A DNA stretch of 64,000 nucleotides from an uncultured Acidobacteriaceae bacterium. Its GTDB lineage: Bacteria; Acidobacteriota; Terriglobia; Terriglobales; Acidobacteriaceae. Below are positions 32,859-42,319 of this stretch, one piece after another; position 1 is the first letter of the stretch, and each line of letters starts with the position of its first letter. The notes under the pieces were generated by a model. That model was not told the DNA's origin. It saw nothing but the letters and a program-made list of their open reading frames with translations, and made no database searches. The stretch is from assembly GCA_963822225.1 (NCBI GenBank), contig CAWGGW010000002.1, positions 772,489 through 836,488 of the forward strand, given 5' to 3'. Position numbers and translations under genes: made by a program.

Positions 32859-35353
32859 TCACTGATCTGGATCAGACTCCGCTGGCGTATGGCTCGTCGT
32901 ACAACGAGCTGTCGTCGGATGGCGTGATGCCTCGTTCGCACTGGGCGCATTTGATGGAATCGTTGCGCGAGATTGGCCCGGAGGAATTGGGCAGCCGCTG
33001 GAGTCGCGCTGAACGCCGGATCCGCGAGAACGGAATCACGTACAACATCTACAGCGATCCGCTGGGAGCGAACCGGCCGTGGAAGATCGATATTGTTCCA
33101 TTTCTGATTTCGGCAAATGAGTGGAGATTTATTGAGGAAGGGATTCTGCAGCGGGCTAGGCTGCTGAATTTGGTTCTGGAGGATCTTTACGGCTCGCAGG
33201 ATCTGGTGGCGAGTGGGCGGTTTCCGGCGGCGCTGCTTTATGCGAATCCGGCATTTCTTCGACCGCTGGTTGGCGTGAAGGTTCCGGCGCAGAGTTATCT
33301 GCATATGCTTGCGGTTGATTTGGCGCGGTCGCCGGACGGGCAGTGGTGGGTGCTAGCGGATCGCACCCAGGCTCCGGCGGGCAGTGGATATGCGCTGGAG
33401 AATCGCACGATCGTGGCGGACGTGCTGCCTGATATTTTCCGGACTTCGAATGTGCAGCGGCTGGCTCCGTTCTTCCGGGCTCAGCGTGATGCGCTGATGA
33501 ATCTGGCTCCGTGCAATAACCCGCGCATCGTGCTGCTGACGCCGGGGCCGCACAACGAGACGTATTTCGAACACTCGTACATTGCGCGGTATCTCGGATT
33601 CACCTTGGTGGAGGGTGCTGACCTTACGGTGCGCGACCGCAGCGTTTTCTTGAAGACAGTGGATGGGCTGGAAAAGGTGGATGTAATTCTGCGTCGCGTC
33701 GATGACAGTTTTTGCGATCCGCTGGAGTTACGAGGCGAATCTTTGCTGGGCGTGCCGGGTTTAGTGGATGCAATTGTGGCGGGGAATGTTCGCGTTGCGA
33801 ATGCGCTGGGCAGTGGCGTGATTGAGACTGCAGCGGTGATGCCATTCTTGCCTGGGTTGTCGAAGCATTTGCTGGGCGAGGAGTTGAAGCTTCCTTCGGT
33901 GGCGACATGGTGGTGCGGTCAGGCGCCTGCGCTGGAGTGGGTTTTGAGCCATCTGGATTCGGTGGTGGTGAAGCCGGCGTTTCCGATGCGGGGGAAGGAG
34001 CCGGTGTTTGGCGCGGAGATTCCGCAGTCGGAGAAGAGCAAGTTCGCCGAGGAGCTGCGAACGCGGCCTCACGAGTATGTGGCGCAAGAACAGATCACAT
34101 TGTCGACCGCGCCTGTTTGGGAGAGCGGCCATCTGCTTCCGCGTAGCGTTGTGTTGCGGGCCTATGTGCTGAACACAGGCAACGGGTGGGTCGCGATGCC
34201 GGGCGGCCTGACGCGCGTTGCAGAAACAGAAGGGTCTGTTGTTTCGATGCAGCGTGGCGGACATAGCAAGGATGCGTGGGTGCTGTGGGATGGGCCAGTA
34301 GATACGTTCAGCTTGTTGCGTCCGCGTACCGAACCGCTGGAACTGCATCGGGCGGCCCAGGCTGTGCCAAGCAGAGTGGCGGACAATGTTTTCTGGTTGG
34401 GCAGGTATGTGGAGCGGGCGGAAAATATTGCGCGGGTCTTGCGTGCGATGATTCCACGCGTTCGGCGGGCGGATGAGGCGGAGCTTGGGTGTCTGCTTCG
34501 ACTGCACAGCTGTCTCGAGTCTCGCCATAGCAGGTTGCCGAAGGCGAAGGGCAGGAAGGCGACTGGGAAGGAACTGGAGCGGGAGTTGATCTCGATGGTG
34601 AGCAACATGAAGCGAGGAGACAGCCTGGCTTCGACGCTGGCAGAGATTTCGCGGGTGGGTGGCAATGTGCGCGACCGGTTGTCGAGCGACATGAATTTTC
34701 TGATCAGCCAGTTGCGCGATTCGATTGAAGTGGAGAAGGGCGCTCAATTTCTGGAGTATCCGGCGACGCTGACGAAGTGTCTGGAACTATTGTCCGCGTT
34801 TTCGGGGATGGAGCGCGAGAATATCAATCGGGGGTCGGGTTGGCTGTTTATGAGCATTGGGCGGCGGCTTGAACGGGCGATCTATCTGACGCGACAACTG
34901 AGAGATGTTGCTACGCCGCTGGCGCAGGATGACTGGCCCTTTCTGGAGATGCTGTTGGAGGTTGCGGATAGCTCGGTTTCGTACAGGACGCGCTACTTTA
35001 CCACGCTGCAGCCGTTGGCAGTGCTGGATTTGCTGATGTCGGATGAGATGAATCCACGCTCGCTGGACTTTCAACTGCGGCATCTCGCGGATTTGTACGA
35101 GAAGCTGCCTCGGCATCTGGGAGACGATCTGCAAGCGATGCGTGCGGCGACGACTTCGCTTCGCGGATTTGACCTGAACGAGATAAGGTATCCTCTGCCT
35201 GGCGCAGTGACGGGGACGGATGGGCTCGACGGTCTATCGCGGCTCGAACAATTTCTTCGTAACGTGGAACGTTTGCTGCCTTCGTGGTCGAATAATTTAT
35301 CCAGCAGGTACTTCAGCCACGCGCGCAGCCTGCCCATCACAATAGGCCAATGA
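32855..35353 (+). CDS. circularly permuted ATP-grasp (type 2) fused to an alpha-E domain
   Basis: DRTQAPAGSGYALENR, LLTPGPHNETYFEH, MPGGLTR, SKDAWV; alpha-E motifs FWLGRYVERAE, GRRLERA and NPRSL. Confidence 0.92.
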   Translation: MITDLDQTPLAYGSSYNELSSDGVMPRSHWAHLMESLREIGPEELGSRWSRAERRIRENGITYNIYSDPLGANRPWKIDIVPFLISANEWRFIEEGILQRARLLNLVLEDLYGSQDLVASGRFPAALLYANPAFLRPLVGVKVPAQSYLHMLAVDLARSPDGQWWVLADRTQAPAGSGYALENRTIVADVLPDIFRTSNVQRLAPFFRAQRDALMNLAPCNNPRIVLLTPGPHNETYFEHSYIARYLGFTLVEGADLTVRDRSVFLKTVDGLEKVDVILRRVDDSFCDPLELRGESLLGVPGLVDAIVAGNVRVANALGSGVIETAAVMPFLPGLSKHLLGEELKLPSVATWWCGQAPALEWVLSHLDSVVVKPAFPMRGKEPVFGAEIPQSEKSKFAEELRTRPHEYVAQEQITLSTAPVWESGHLLPRSVVLRAYVLNTGNGWVAMPGGLTRVAETEGSVVSMQRGGHSKDAWVLWDGPVDTFSLLRPRTEPLELHRAAQAVPSRVADNVFWLGRYVERAENIARVLRAMIPRVRRADEAELGCLLRLHSCLESRHSRLPKAKGRKATGKELERELISMVSNMKRGDSLASTLAEISRVGGNVRDRLSSDMNFLISQLRDSIEVEKGAQFLEYPATLTKCLELLSAFSGMERENINRGSGWLFMSIGRRLERAIYLTRQLRDVATPLAQDDWPFLEMLLEVADSSVSYRTRYFTTLQPLAVLDLLMSDEMNPRSLDFQLRHLADLYEKLPRHLGDDLQAMRAATTSLRGFDLNEIRYPLPGAVTGTDGLDGLSRLEQFLRNVERLLPSWSNNLSSRYFSHARSLPITIGQ

Positions 35354-36231
35354 TCTACAAAATCATCCACCGGACAACGTACAGGTATAAACACTCCGTG
35401 TCGGTGGGGAACCATGTGGCTTGCCTGAAGCCGCGGGAAACGGTGCGACAAAAAGTGGTCCGGGCGGAGGTGAGCATACAGCCTCCTCCCGCGATTTGTG
35501 TGGAACGCAAGGACTACTACGGCAACAAGCTCACGGTCTTCACAATCCAGGAGCCGCATAAAGAGCTGGTGGTGGAGGCGCGAAGTGAAGTTGAATTGGC
35601 ACCTACGAAAGCACTAACGCGGAATACGATTGCATGGGAAGAGGTAGTGCGGTCGCTACCTTCTGATTTGAGCCATGAAGGGTTGGAGGCCGAACAGTTC
35701 GCGTTTGAGTCGCCTCGCATCCGGATTCGACCGGAGTTTGCGGAATATGCGCGTGAGTCTTTTACTCCGGGGCGCCCGATGCAGGAGGCGTTAGTGGATT
35801 TAACCGCCCGTATTTACAGGGATTTTCGTTTTGACTCCAAGGTGACGAATGTTCGTACACCTGCGGAAGAGGTTTTCAAGAAGCGTCGGGGAGTTTGCCA
35901 GGACTTCGCGCACGTGCAGATTGCTTGCTTGCGCTCGCTAAATCTGCCGGCCCGATATGTGAGCGGATATCTGCGGACCTATCCTCCGCCGGGACGGCCA
36001 CGCCTGATTGGGGCGGACGCGTCGCATGCCTGGGTGTCGGCCTATTGTCCAGGGAGCGGATGGATGGATGTCGACCCGACGAATAACGTTGTGCCTTCAG
36101 ATGGGCACGTGACGCTGGCCTGGGGACGGGACTATGGCGATGTGAGTCCTCTGCGCGGGCTCGTGTTGGGCGGCGGAGATCATACGCTGCGGGTGGGTGT
36201 GGACATGGAGCCAGTAAACGCGACCGTATGA
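35350..36231 (+). CDS. transglutaminase family protein
   Basis: GVCQDFAH, ARYVSGY, ASHAW, DPTN, GRDYGDVSP. Confidence 0.93.
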   Translation: MIYKIIHRTTYRYKHSVSVGNHVACLKPRETVRQKVVRAEVSIQPPPAICVERKDYYGNKLTVFTIQEPHKELVVEARSEVELAPTKALTRNTIAWEEVVRSLPSDLSHEGLEAEQFAFESPRIRIRPEFAEYARESFTPGRPMQEALVDLTARIYRDFRFDSKVTNVRTPAEEVFKKRRGVCQDFAHVQIACLRSLNLPARYVSGYLRTYPPPGRPRLIGADASHAWVSAYCPGSGWMDVDPTNNVVPSDGHVTLAWGRDYGDVSPLRGLVLGGGDHTLRVGVDMEPVNATV

Positions 36232-36280
36232 ATCCTAGAAGGGGTCCATTTCGTATCATTATCTTCCGTCTGCAACGAGA

Positions 36281-38686
36281 ATGGATTGTATGGAGGCTGC
36301 TATGGACGACCGCAAAACATCTTCGTCTCCCGCGACTGTGCGGTCATCGAAGAGGCCGATGGAAGTGTTTTGCGCCGGCGTGACGGCGTGCGTATTTGCG
36401 GCTGCGCATGCGGTTGTGGCGCAGGAGCCGGATCGAACTGTGTTGCCAATCGCGCCGCCGCCATTTCGGGGGACGGTAGGGACGACGTATAAGGAGTCGA
36501 CTGCTTATGCTATTCCTCCGTTGCATGCTCCTGCGGGAGCGCCGAATGTGTTGGTTGTACTGTTGGATGATGAGGGGTACGGGCAGTCGGGGACATTTGG
36601 GGGACTAATTCCTACGCCTACGCTGGATCGGCTGGCGGCCGGTGGGTTGCGGTATACGCGGTTTCATGTGACAGCGTTATGCTCGCCTACGCGAGCGGCG
36701 CTGTTGACTGGACGGAATAATCATGCGGTTGGGATGGGCGTGATTACGAATCTGGCGACGGACTTCCCGGGGTATACGGGTTCGATTCCGAAGAGCGCAG
36801 CGTTGCTGCCGGAAGTGCTGTGGGAGAACGGATATGCGACGGCGGCATTTGGGAAGTGGCATTTGATTCCGGAGCAGGAGAATATCGCCGCGGGGCCGCT
36901 GGATCATTGGCCTACGCATCAGGGCTTCGATTATTACTACGGATTTTTGAATGGCGAGACGGATCAGTGGCATCCGGAACTGACGCTGGGGACGCAGCCG
37001 GTGGAGATGGAGGCGCCGCCTGGACGCAAGGGCGATTACACGCTGAACGAGGATCTCGCGGATAAATCGATTGCGTGGATCAAGGCGGAAAAGTCGCTGG
37101 CGCCGGATGAGCCTTTCTTCGTCTACTATGCGCCGGGTGCGAGCCACGCGCCCCTGCAGGCTCCGAAGGAGTGGGTGGACAAGTTCAAGGGCCAGTTCGA
37201 TATGGGGTGGGACAAGTATCGGGAGATTGTGTTGGAGAGGCAGAAGAAACTGGGAGTGGTGCCGCTGGATACGAAGCTGACGCCGCGGCCGCCGCAGATT
37301 CCGGCGTGGGATTCGCTGAGCCCGGATGAGAAGAAGGTTGCTGCACGGCTGATGGAGGTGTACGCGGGGTTTACGGCGCAGAGCGATCATGAGCTGGGGC
37401 GGGTAATCGATGCGATTGCGGACACAGGGCAGTTGGATAACACGCTGATCATCTACATTGCAGGCGACAATGGCGCGAGTCTGGAAGGTGGACTGCACGG
37501 TACGGCGAACCTGATGGCGCAGATTAACGGACTGCCGGAGAGTACGGCTGACATGCTGGGCAAGCTGGATGAGTTGGGCGGAGCAAACACAACGCCGCAC
37601 TATCCGGTGGGTTGGGCGTGGGCTGGAAATGCGCCATTTCAATGGGGCAAGCGGATTGCATCCCACCTGGGAGGGACGCGCGATCCGATGGTAGTGTCGT
37701 GGCCGGAGCGGATCAAAGATGCCGGCGGTGTGCGCTATCAGTTCGAAGATGTGACGGATATTGCGCCGACGATCCTGGAAGCCGCGGGACTGCCTGAGCC
37801 GGTTGAGGTGGACGGAGTGAAACAGCAGCGAGTCGATGGGATTAGTATGCTGTCCACGTTTGAGTCTGTGAGCGCGCCAGGCAAGAGAACAACGCAATAC
37901 TTCGAGATGCTGGGGAATCGCGCGATTTATCAGGATGGATGGATGGCGGCAGCGCGAAGCGGACAACTGGCGTGGGTTTACACCGCTGGGCCGGAGACGA
38001 TGATGCAGCAGCCGTGGGAACTGTATCACCTGAGCGAAGATTACTCTGAGTCAAATGATCTGGCTAAGCAGAACCCGGAAAAGTTAAAGGAGTTGCAGAC
38101 GCTGTTTGATGAACAGGCGAGGGAAAATCAGGTATATCCGCTGAATCCGAACTTTGGCGGGCGCCAGCCACGGCCTGAAGGAACGCATTTCACTTACTAC
38201 GGAAAGACGGGACATCTGTACCTGTCGATGACGCCTCAGTATGAGAATCGGTCGCACACGATCACAGCTTCGATCGTGGTCCCTAAAGATGGAGCGAATG
38301 GTGTGCTGATGTGCGATGGGGGGAGCGGTGGCGGTTTTTCACTGTATCTGAAAGATGGCAGGCCGGCGTACACATATAACTACTTTGAGAGGACTGTGAC
38401 TACGGTTGCTGCTGCGGACGCTCTGCCGCCGGGGCCGGCGAAGATTGTGCTGAAGTTCGTCTATGATGGCGGCGGGAAAGGTAAGGGTGCGACGGCTACT
38501 CTGGTGGTGAACGACAAAGTTGCCGGTGTGGCGAGGATTCCGCAGACGGTGCCGACGGCGTTTTCTTTTGAAGAGACGTTCGATATTGGCGAGGATAGTG
38601 CGTCGCCGGTTGGAGACTACGAAAGTCCGTTTCTGTTTACGGGGACTTTGAACCGGATTGATCTGGATATCTCAGCGAGTCAGTGA
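36281..38686 (+). CDS. secreted arylsulfatase (formylglycine type); start uncertain
   Basis: PNVLVVLLDD, CSPTRAALLTG (CxPxR), GKWH, GDNG. Confidence 0.92.
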   Translation: MDCMEAAMDDRKTSSSPATVRSSKRPMEVFCAGVTACVFAAAHAVVAQEPDRTVLPIAPPPFRGTVGTTYKESTAYAIPPLHAPAGAPNVLVVLLDDEGYGQSGTFGGLIPTPTLDRLAAGGLRYTRFHVTALCSPTRAALLTGRNNHAVGMGVITNLATDFPGYTGSIPKSAALLPEVLWENGYATAAFGKWHLIPEQENIAAGPLDHWPTHQGFDYYYGFLNGETDQWHPELTLGTQPVEMEAPPGRKGDYTLNEDLADKSIAWIKAEKSLAPDEPFFVYYAPGASHAPLQAPKEWVDKFKGQFDMGWDKYREIVLERQKKLGVVPLDTKLTPRPPQIPAWDSLSPDEKKVAARLMEVYAGFTAQSDHELGRVIDAIADTGQLDNTLIIYIAGDNGASLEGGLHGTANLMAQINGLPESTADMLGKLDELGGANTTPHYPVGWAWAGNAPFQWGKRIASHLGGTRDPMVVSWPERIKDAGGVRYQFEDVTDIAPTILEAAGLPEPVEVDGVKQQRVDGISMLSTFESVSAPGKRTTQYFEMLGNRAIYQDGWMAAARSGQLAWVYTAGPETMMQQPWELYHLSEDYSESNDLAKQNPEKLKELQTLFDEQARENQVYPLNPNFGGRQPRPEGTHFTYYGKTGHLYLSMTPQYENRSHTITASIVVPKDGANGVLMCDGGSGGGFSLYLKDGRPAYTYNYFERTVTTVAAADALPPGPAKIVLKFVYDGGGKGKGATATLVVNDKVAGVARIPQTVPTAFSFEETFDIGEDSASPVGDYESPFLFTGTLNRIDLDISASQ

Positions 38687-39089
38687 TTCGGCGGCTAGTT
38701 CGTCGAGAGCTTTTGTGGCGGTTGTGATGTGGTCGACGCCGAATACGAGGAACGCCTGCATAGTATCCGGTTCGATGCCGCAGTAGGAGTAGTCGATGTT
38801 GATCTTCTTTTCGCCAAGAGCAGTGGCTGCGCGGCCTAACTCACCAGGGCGGTGCGGGAGTTTGACGACAGCGACTTCCGTCTCTTCGAAGATCATGCGC
38901 AAGGTTGCCGAGTTCCGACTTGGCGGTGTTGGGGTGGTCGACGACGATGCGCGCGAGGCTTTCGCCTTCTTCCACATAGGATTGAAAGGCGAGGACATTG
39001 ATGCCGCGGTCCGCTAGAGCCTGAAAGCACTTGCCTAACGCTCCCGGCTTGTCGGCAATCGTTATGGTGAATTCCTTCGCCTTCGGCAT
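38672..39089 (-). CDS. tandem ACT-domain protein (frameshift near 38905)
   Basis: DKPGALG...GINV and HRPGELG...INIDYSY ACT motifs in two frames. Confidence 0.8.
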
Positions 39090-39199
39090 GCGATGTGGCT
39101 CCCTTCAATCTCCCGGAGTTTGGCAACAACGGGGTAAGATACCATCCTATAGATCGAGCGGGGGAGTTCTCAACTTTCAGCCGACCGAGTTGCTGCGTC

Positions 39200-40594
39200 T
39201 TAGGTGCGCGCTATTTCTGGGCCTTGAGCGTTGGCGCGGGATTGCGATTGGGCGCTGGATTGGGCGTAGAGGTAATCGCCGAGGGCGTCGATCTCTTGCG
39301 GAGTGCCGGTCAGCGGTGGCATGAACTTGCGGTAGGAGGTGTCGGGTTTGTACTCGTGGAGCATGGTGAGCAGGTTGCCGATGGACTCGCGATCGCGTCC
39401 GGCAAGGAGGTGGTTGAGCGAGCGATAGCCGGTGAGGGTGTGGCAGGAGCCACATTCGCCGCGGTACATGGCTTCTCCCATAGCGAAATGGGCGCTGGTG
39501 TTCTGGTTGAGCCAAAGGGTGTTTTGCAGATAGCCGAATTGATTCTTGTTGGCGACTTCGCTGACGCGGGTTCCGTTGGAGTACATGTGACGGCCGATGA
39601 CATAGGGCTTGCGGAGCATCTCGCGGGCCTGCTCGCCGCTTCCGGTAGCCATGAGGGCGATCATCAACACGGCGCAGGCGTGGGCGACGGTGAAGTCCTT
39701 GGGATTCTTGTAGGCCAGGTAGTAGGTGACGAGGACCATGGTCGCCGTGGTGATGACCATGACCAGCACCAGGCGGGTGACCTGGGAGAAGGTTCCGGGC
39801 CCGATGGTGGAGATGCCGAGGGAGAGCAGGGCTCGCTGCGACTCGGGCACCATGTGGAGGTACCAGACGAGCGTGAGCGGCATGAGTACGAAGGCGGGGA
39901 CGAGCCAGCCTGTGGTCCAGCGAAGGAAGCTGGCTTTGAGGGCGAGTTGCTTTTCGCCATCGATGCGAGCGCTGGAGATGAGCGCCCAAACGCCTGCCAG
40001 TGTGATGCAGACCAGGGTTCGCATCAAGAGGCTGGGCCAATAGGTGGGATTGAAGAAGGCATTCCAGAACTTCGAGGCTTCGTGGCCGGTGCCGGCGACG
40101 GCAAGCCAGGTGTCGCCGGGAGTGAGCATGAAGGTGAGGATGCCGTTGATGATGATCAGCGTGCAGACGGAGGAGACGGCATAGACCCAGCCTACGGTGA
40201 GGTGAAGTTTTGCGGGGATGCGGTCCCAGGTGTAGTAGTAGACGGCGATGGTGGTGAGTTCGACGAGGAAGAAGACCCACTCGATGGCCCAACCGAAGAC
40301 GAAGTTGTGGATGAGGGTGCTGGTGGCTTCGGGCTGGGTGAGGCCGATGGCGAACCAGATGCCGACTCCGCTGACGGTGCCGAAGACGCCGGTGACGAGA
40401 AGGAAGAAGCGGGAGTGCTTCTTGAGCTGGTCAAGCCAATCGGTGCGGCCTTCGCGGAGAGCTTTGCGCTCGGCCATGGGGAGGTAAAGGCCGCCACCGA
40501 CCGCGAACTGGGAGATCATGACGTGGAAGACGGCGATAATGGCGATGACGCAGCTACTGCCGAGCCAAGGTACTTCCCAGAATGGATAGTTCAT
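39200..40594 (-). CDS. cytochrome bd subunit I-like membrane protein fused to a monoheme cytochrome c
   Basis: CydA-like FHV...FAVGG, GVGIWF, WAIEWVFFLVE and REMLRKPY motifs; C-terminal CGSCH with distal KFMPP. Confidence 0.82.
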   Translation of the reverse strand: MNYPFWEVPWLGSSCVIAIIAVFHVMISQFAVGGGLYLPMAERKALREGRTDWLDQLKKHSRFFLLVTGVFGTVSGVGIWFAIGLTQPEATSTLIHNFVFGWAIEWVFFLVELTTIAVYYYTWDRIPAKLHLTVGWVYAVSSVCTLIIINGILTFMLTPGDTWLAVAGTGHEASKFWNAFFNPTYWPSLLMRTLVCITLAGVWALISSARIDGEKQLALKASFLRWTTGWLVPAFVLMPLTLVWYLHMVPESQRALLSLGISTIGPGTFSQVTRLVLVMVITTATMVLVTYYLAYKNPKDFTVAHACAVLMIALMATGSGEQAREMLRKPYVIGRHMYSNGTRVSEVANKNQFGYLQNTLWLNQNTSAHFAMGEAMYRGECGSCHTLTGYRSLNHLLAGRDRESIGNLLTMLHEYKPDTSYRKFMPPLTGTPQEIDALGDYLYAQSSAQSQSRANAQGPEIART

Positions 40595-40734
40595 GTGCGT
40601 CTTTCTCCAGAATCTTCAAATACTGTCATGCCGGGCGGGCGCCCTGCGCGGGCTGCGGTCACTTCGTGACGAGTGTTGGGCTTCGCGTCGTGTTCCCGAT
40701 GGTCGCAGGCCGAACTCCGTGTACGGTCTTGCAT
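40591..40734 (-). CDS. possible 47-aa linker ORF
   Basis: Starts in a TAATG overlap with the cytochrome b stop and ends in an ATGA overlap with the next start. No recognisable motif. Confidence 0.3.
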   Translation of the reverse strand: MQDRTRSSACDHREHDAKPNTRHEVTAARAGRPPGMTVFEDSGERRT

Positions 40735-41807
40735 TAGCGGATGCCCCAGTAGCCGAGGGCGGTGGTGACGATAAGGGCGACTACGGCGAAGAGGCCGAAG
40801 TAGTGGGCGTTGCGTCCGCGTGAGCCGGTCTTGTTTTCGCCGTCGTAGAACGGGATGACGACCCAGAGCGCGAGGCCTACGGTGAAGAGCAGGATGCCGA
40901 CGACTTCTCCGCTGGCGCCGGGAAGGATGTTGCCGAGGATCTTGAGCATGTGGAAGGGCGCCATGAAGTACCACTCGGGATGAATGCCAGCGGGCGCGGG
41001 GACGAGCGAATCGGCTTGCTTGCCGAGATCCCAGGGGAAGACCGAAGCGAGGAGGGCGAGGACGTTGAGCGAGATGAGCCACATCGCCAGGTCTTTCTGG
41101 AAGAAGTTCGGGAAGAAGGGGATGCTCTTGCGAGTGGCGATCGGCTTGGCTTCCTCAGCAGGGGGAAGTGCGTTGCCGTGCTTCTGGACCATGTAGAGGT
41201 GCAGGCCGAGCAGAGGCAGGAAGAGCAGCGGGAGGATGACGACGTGTAGGGCGAAGAAGCGCTGGACGGTGAAGTCGCTGACTTCTGGTCCGCCGCGGAG
41301 GATGGTGGTGGTGAAAGAGCCCATGAGCGGGATGGAGGCGGGAATCTGCAGGCCAACCTTGGTGGCGTAGTAGCTTAGCTCATCCATGGGAAGGAGATAT
41401 CCGCTGAAGCCGAAGATCGCGCCGAGGAAGAGCAGACCGATGCCGGTGAACCAGCCGACTTCGCGCGGCTTGCGATACGCCTTCATGAAGTAGACCGAGA
41501 ACATGTGGACGAGGATGGAGAAGATGAAGAGATTCGCGCACCAGGAATGGGCGGAACGAATGAGCCATCCGAAATGCATGACGTAGGTGATCTGGCGGAC
41601 GCTTTCGAAGGCTTCGGCGCCGGGGCGGTAGTAGACGAGCAGCAGGATGCCGGTGAAGATCTGGACGAGGAAGAGGAAGAGCGAGATTCCGCCCCAGTAG
41701 TACCAGAAGGACTGGGAGTGGACGGGGATGCGTTTGTGCCGCGCAAGTTCGACTACGTCACCGAGACCGAGACGTTCATCAAGCCATGTATAGATCGGTC
41801 TGGACAT
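40734..41807 (-). CDS. cytochrome b of a Rieske/cytb complex (b6 + subunit IV-like fusion)
   Basis: Four heme-ligand His (RSAHSW...VH; ALHVV...LH), GFSGYLLP, PFFPNF and PEWY motifs. Confidence 0.93.
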   Translation of the reverse strand: MSRPIYTWLDERLGLGDVVELARHKRIPVHSQSFWYYWGGISLFLFLVQIFTGILLLVYYRPGAEAFESVRQITYVMHFGWLIRSAHSWCANLFIFSILVHMFSVYFMKAYRKPREVGWFTGIGLLFLGAIFGFSGYLLPMDELSYYATKVGLQIPASIPLMGSFTTTILRGGPEVSDFTVQRFFALHVVILPLLFLPLLGLHLYMVQKHGNALPPAEEAKPIATRKSIPFFPNFFQKDLAMWLISLNVLALLASVFPWDLGKQADSLVPAPAGIHPEWYFMAPFHMLKILGNILPGASGEVVGILLFTVGLALWVVIPFYDGENKTGSRGRNAHYFGLFAVVALIVTTALGYWGIR

Positions 41808-41828
41808 GCATATATCCTTTCTGAGGGT

Positions 41829-42317
41829 TCAGGCGCGCGAGACTACGACGTTGGCGGCGCCGACGTTGACTTTGTATGGCTTGAGCGGCTTGGGCGGTGG
41901 ACCGCTGACGTTTTTGCCGGTGTGTGGGTCGTAGACTCCGCCATGGCAGGAGCAGTGGATGCGGTTCTTGTCCGGCTCGAATTTGACGGTGCATCCCAGA
42001 TGGGTGCAGACGGCACTGAAGGCGACCCAGGTATCGTCCGCGTTGTGAATGAGCATGGCGGGCGAGCTGCCGAATTTGAACATCAGAGCAGAGGCCACCG
42101 GCAGGTCCTGCGCTTTATCGAGCGTGACTTCGGTGACGGCGGTCTCGTTGGCGGCCATCTCCGCGGGCGACGCGAGGTAGCGGTAGATTGGATAGCCGAT
42201 GGCTCCGGCGTAGCAGAGGCCGGCTGCGGTTGCGATGCCAAGGAAGGCGCGCCGGGTGGGGGTGCTCTCGGTGTCCGCGGGAGTCGGAGTTTCGATGATG
42301 ACGGGGAAATCGCTCAT
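41829..42317 (-). CDS. Rieske [2Fe-2S] protein
   Basis: Tat motif TRRAFL, CTHLGC, CSCHGGVY, GPPPKPL. Confidence 0.93.
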   Translation of the reverse strand: MSDFPVIIETPTPADTESTPTRRAFLGIATAAGLCYAGAIGYPIYRYLASPAEMAANETAVTEVTLDKAQDLPVASALMFKFGSSPAMLIHNADDTWVAFSAVCTHLGCTVKFEPDKNRIHCSCHGGVYDPHTGKNVSGPPPKPLKPYKVNVGAANVVVSRA

Positions 42318-42319
42318 GG

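Noticed and set aside
39095-40669. 524-aa plus-strand ORF and similar long antisense ORFs (15631..16368, 16852..17970, 36677..38029, 51046..52227)
   Set aside because: Shadow or alternative frames of well-supported genes in GC-rich DNA, with biased composition and no motifs.
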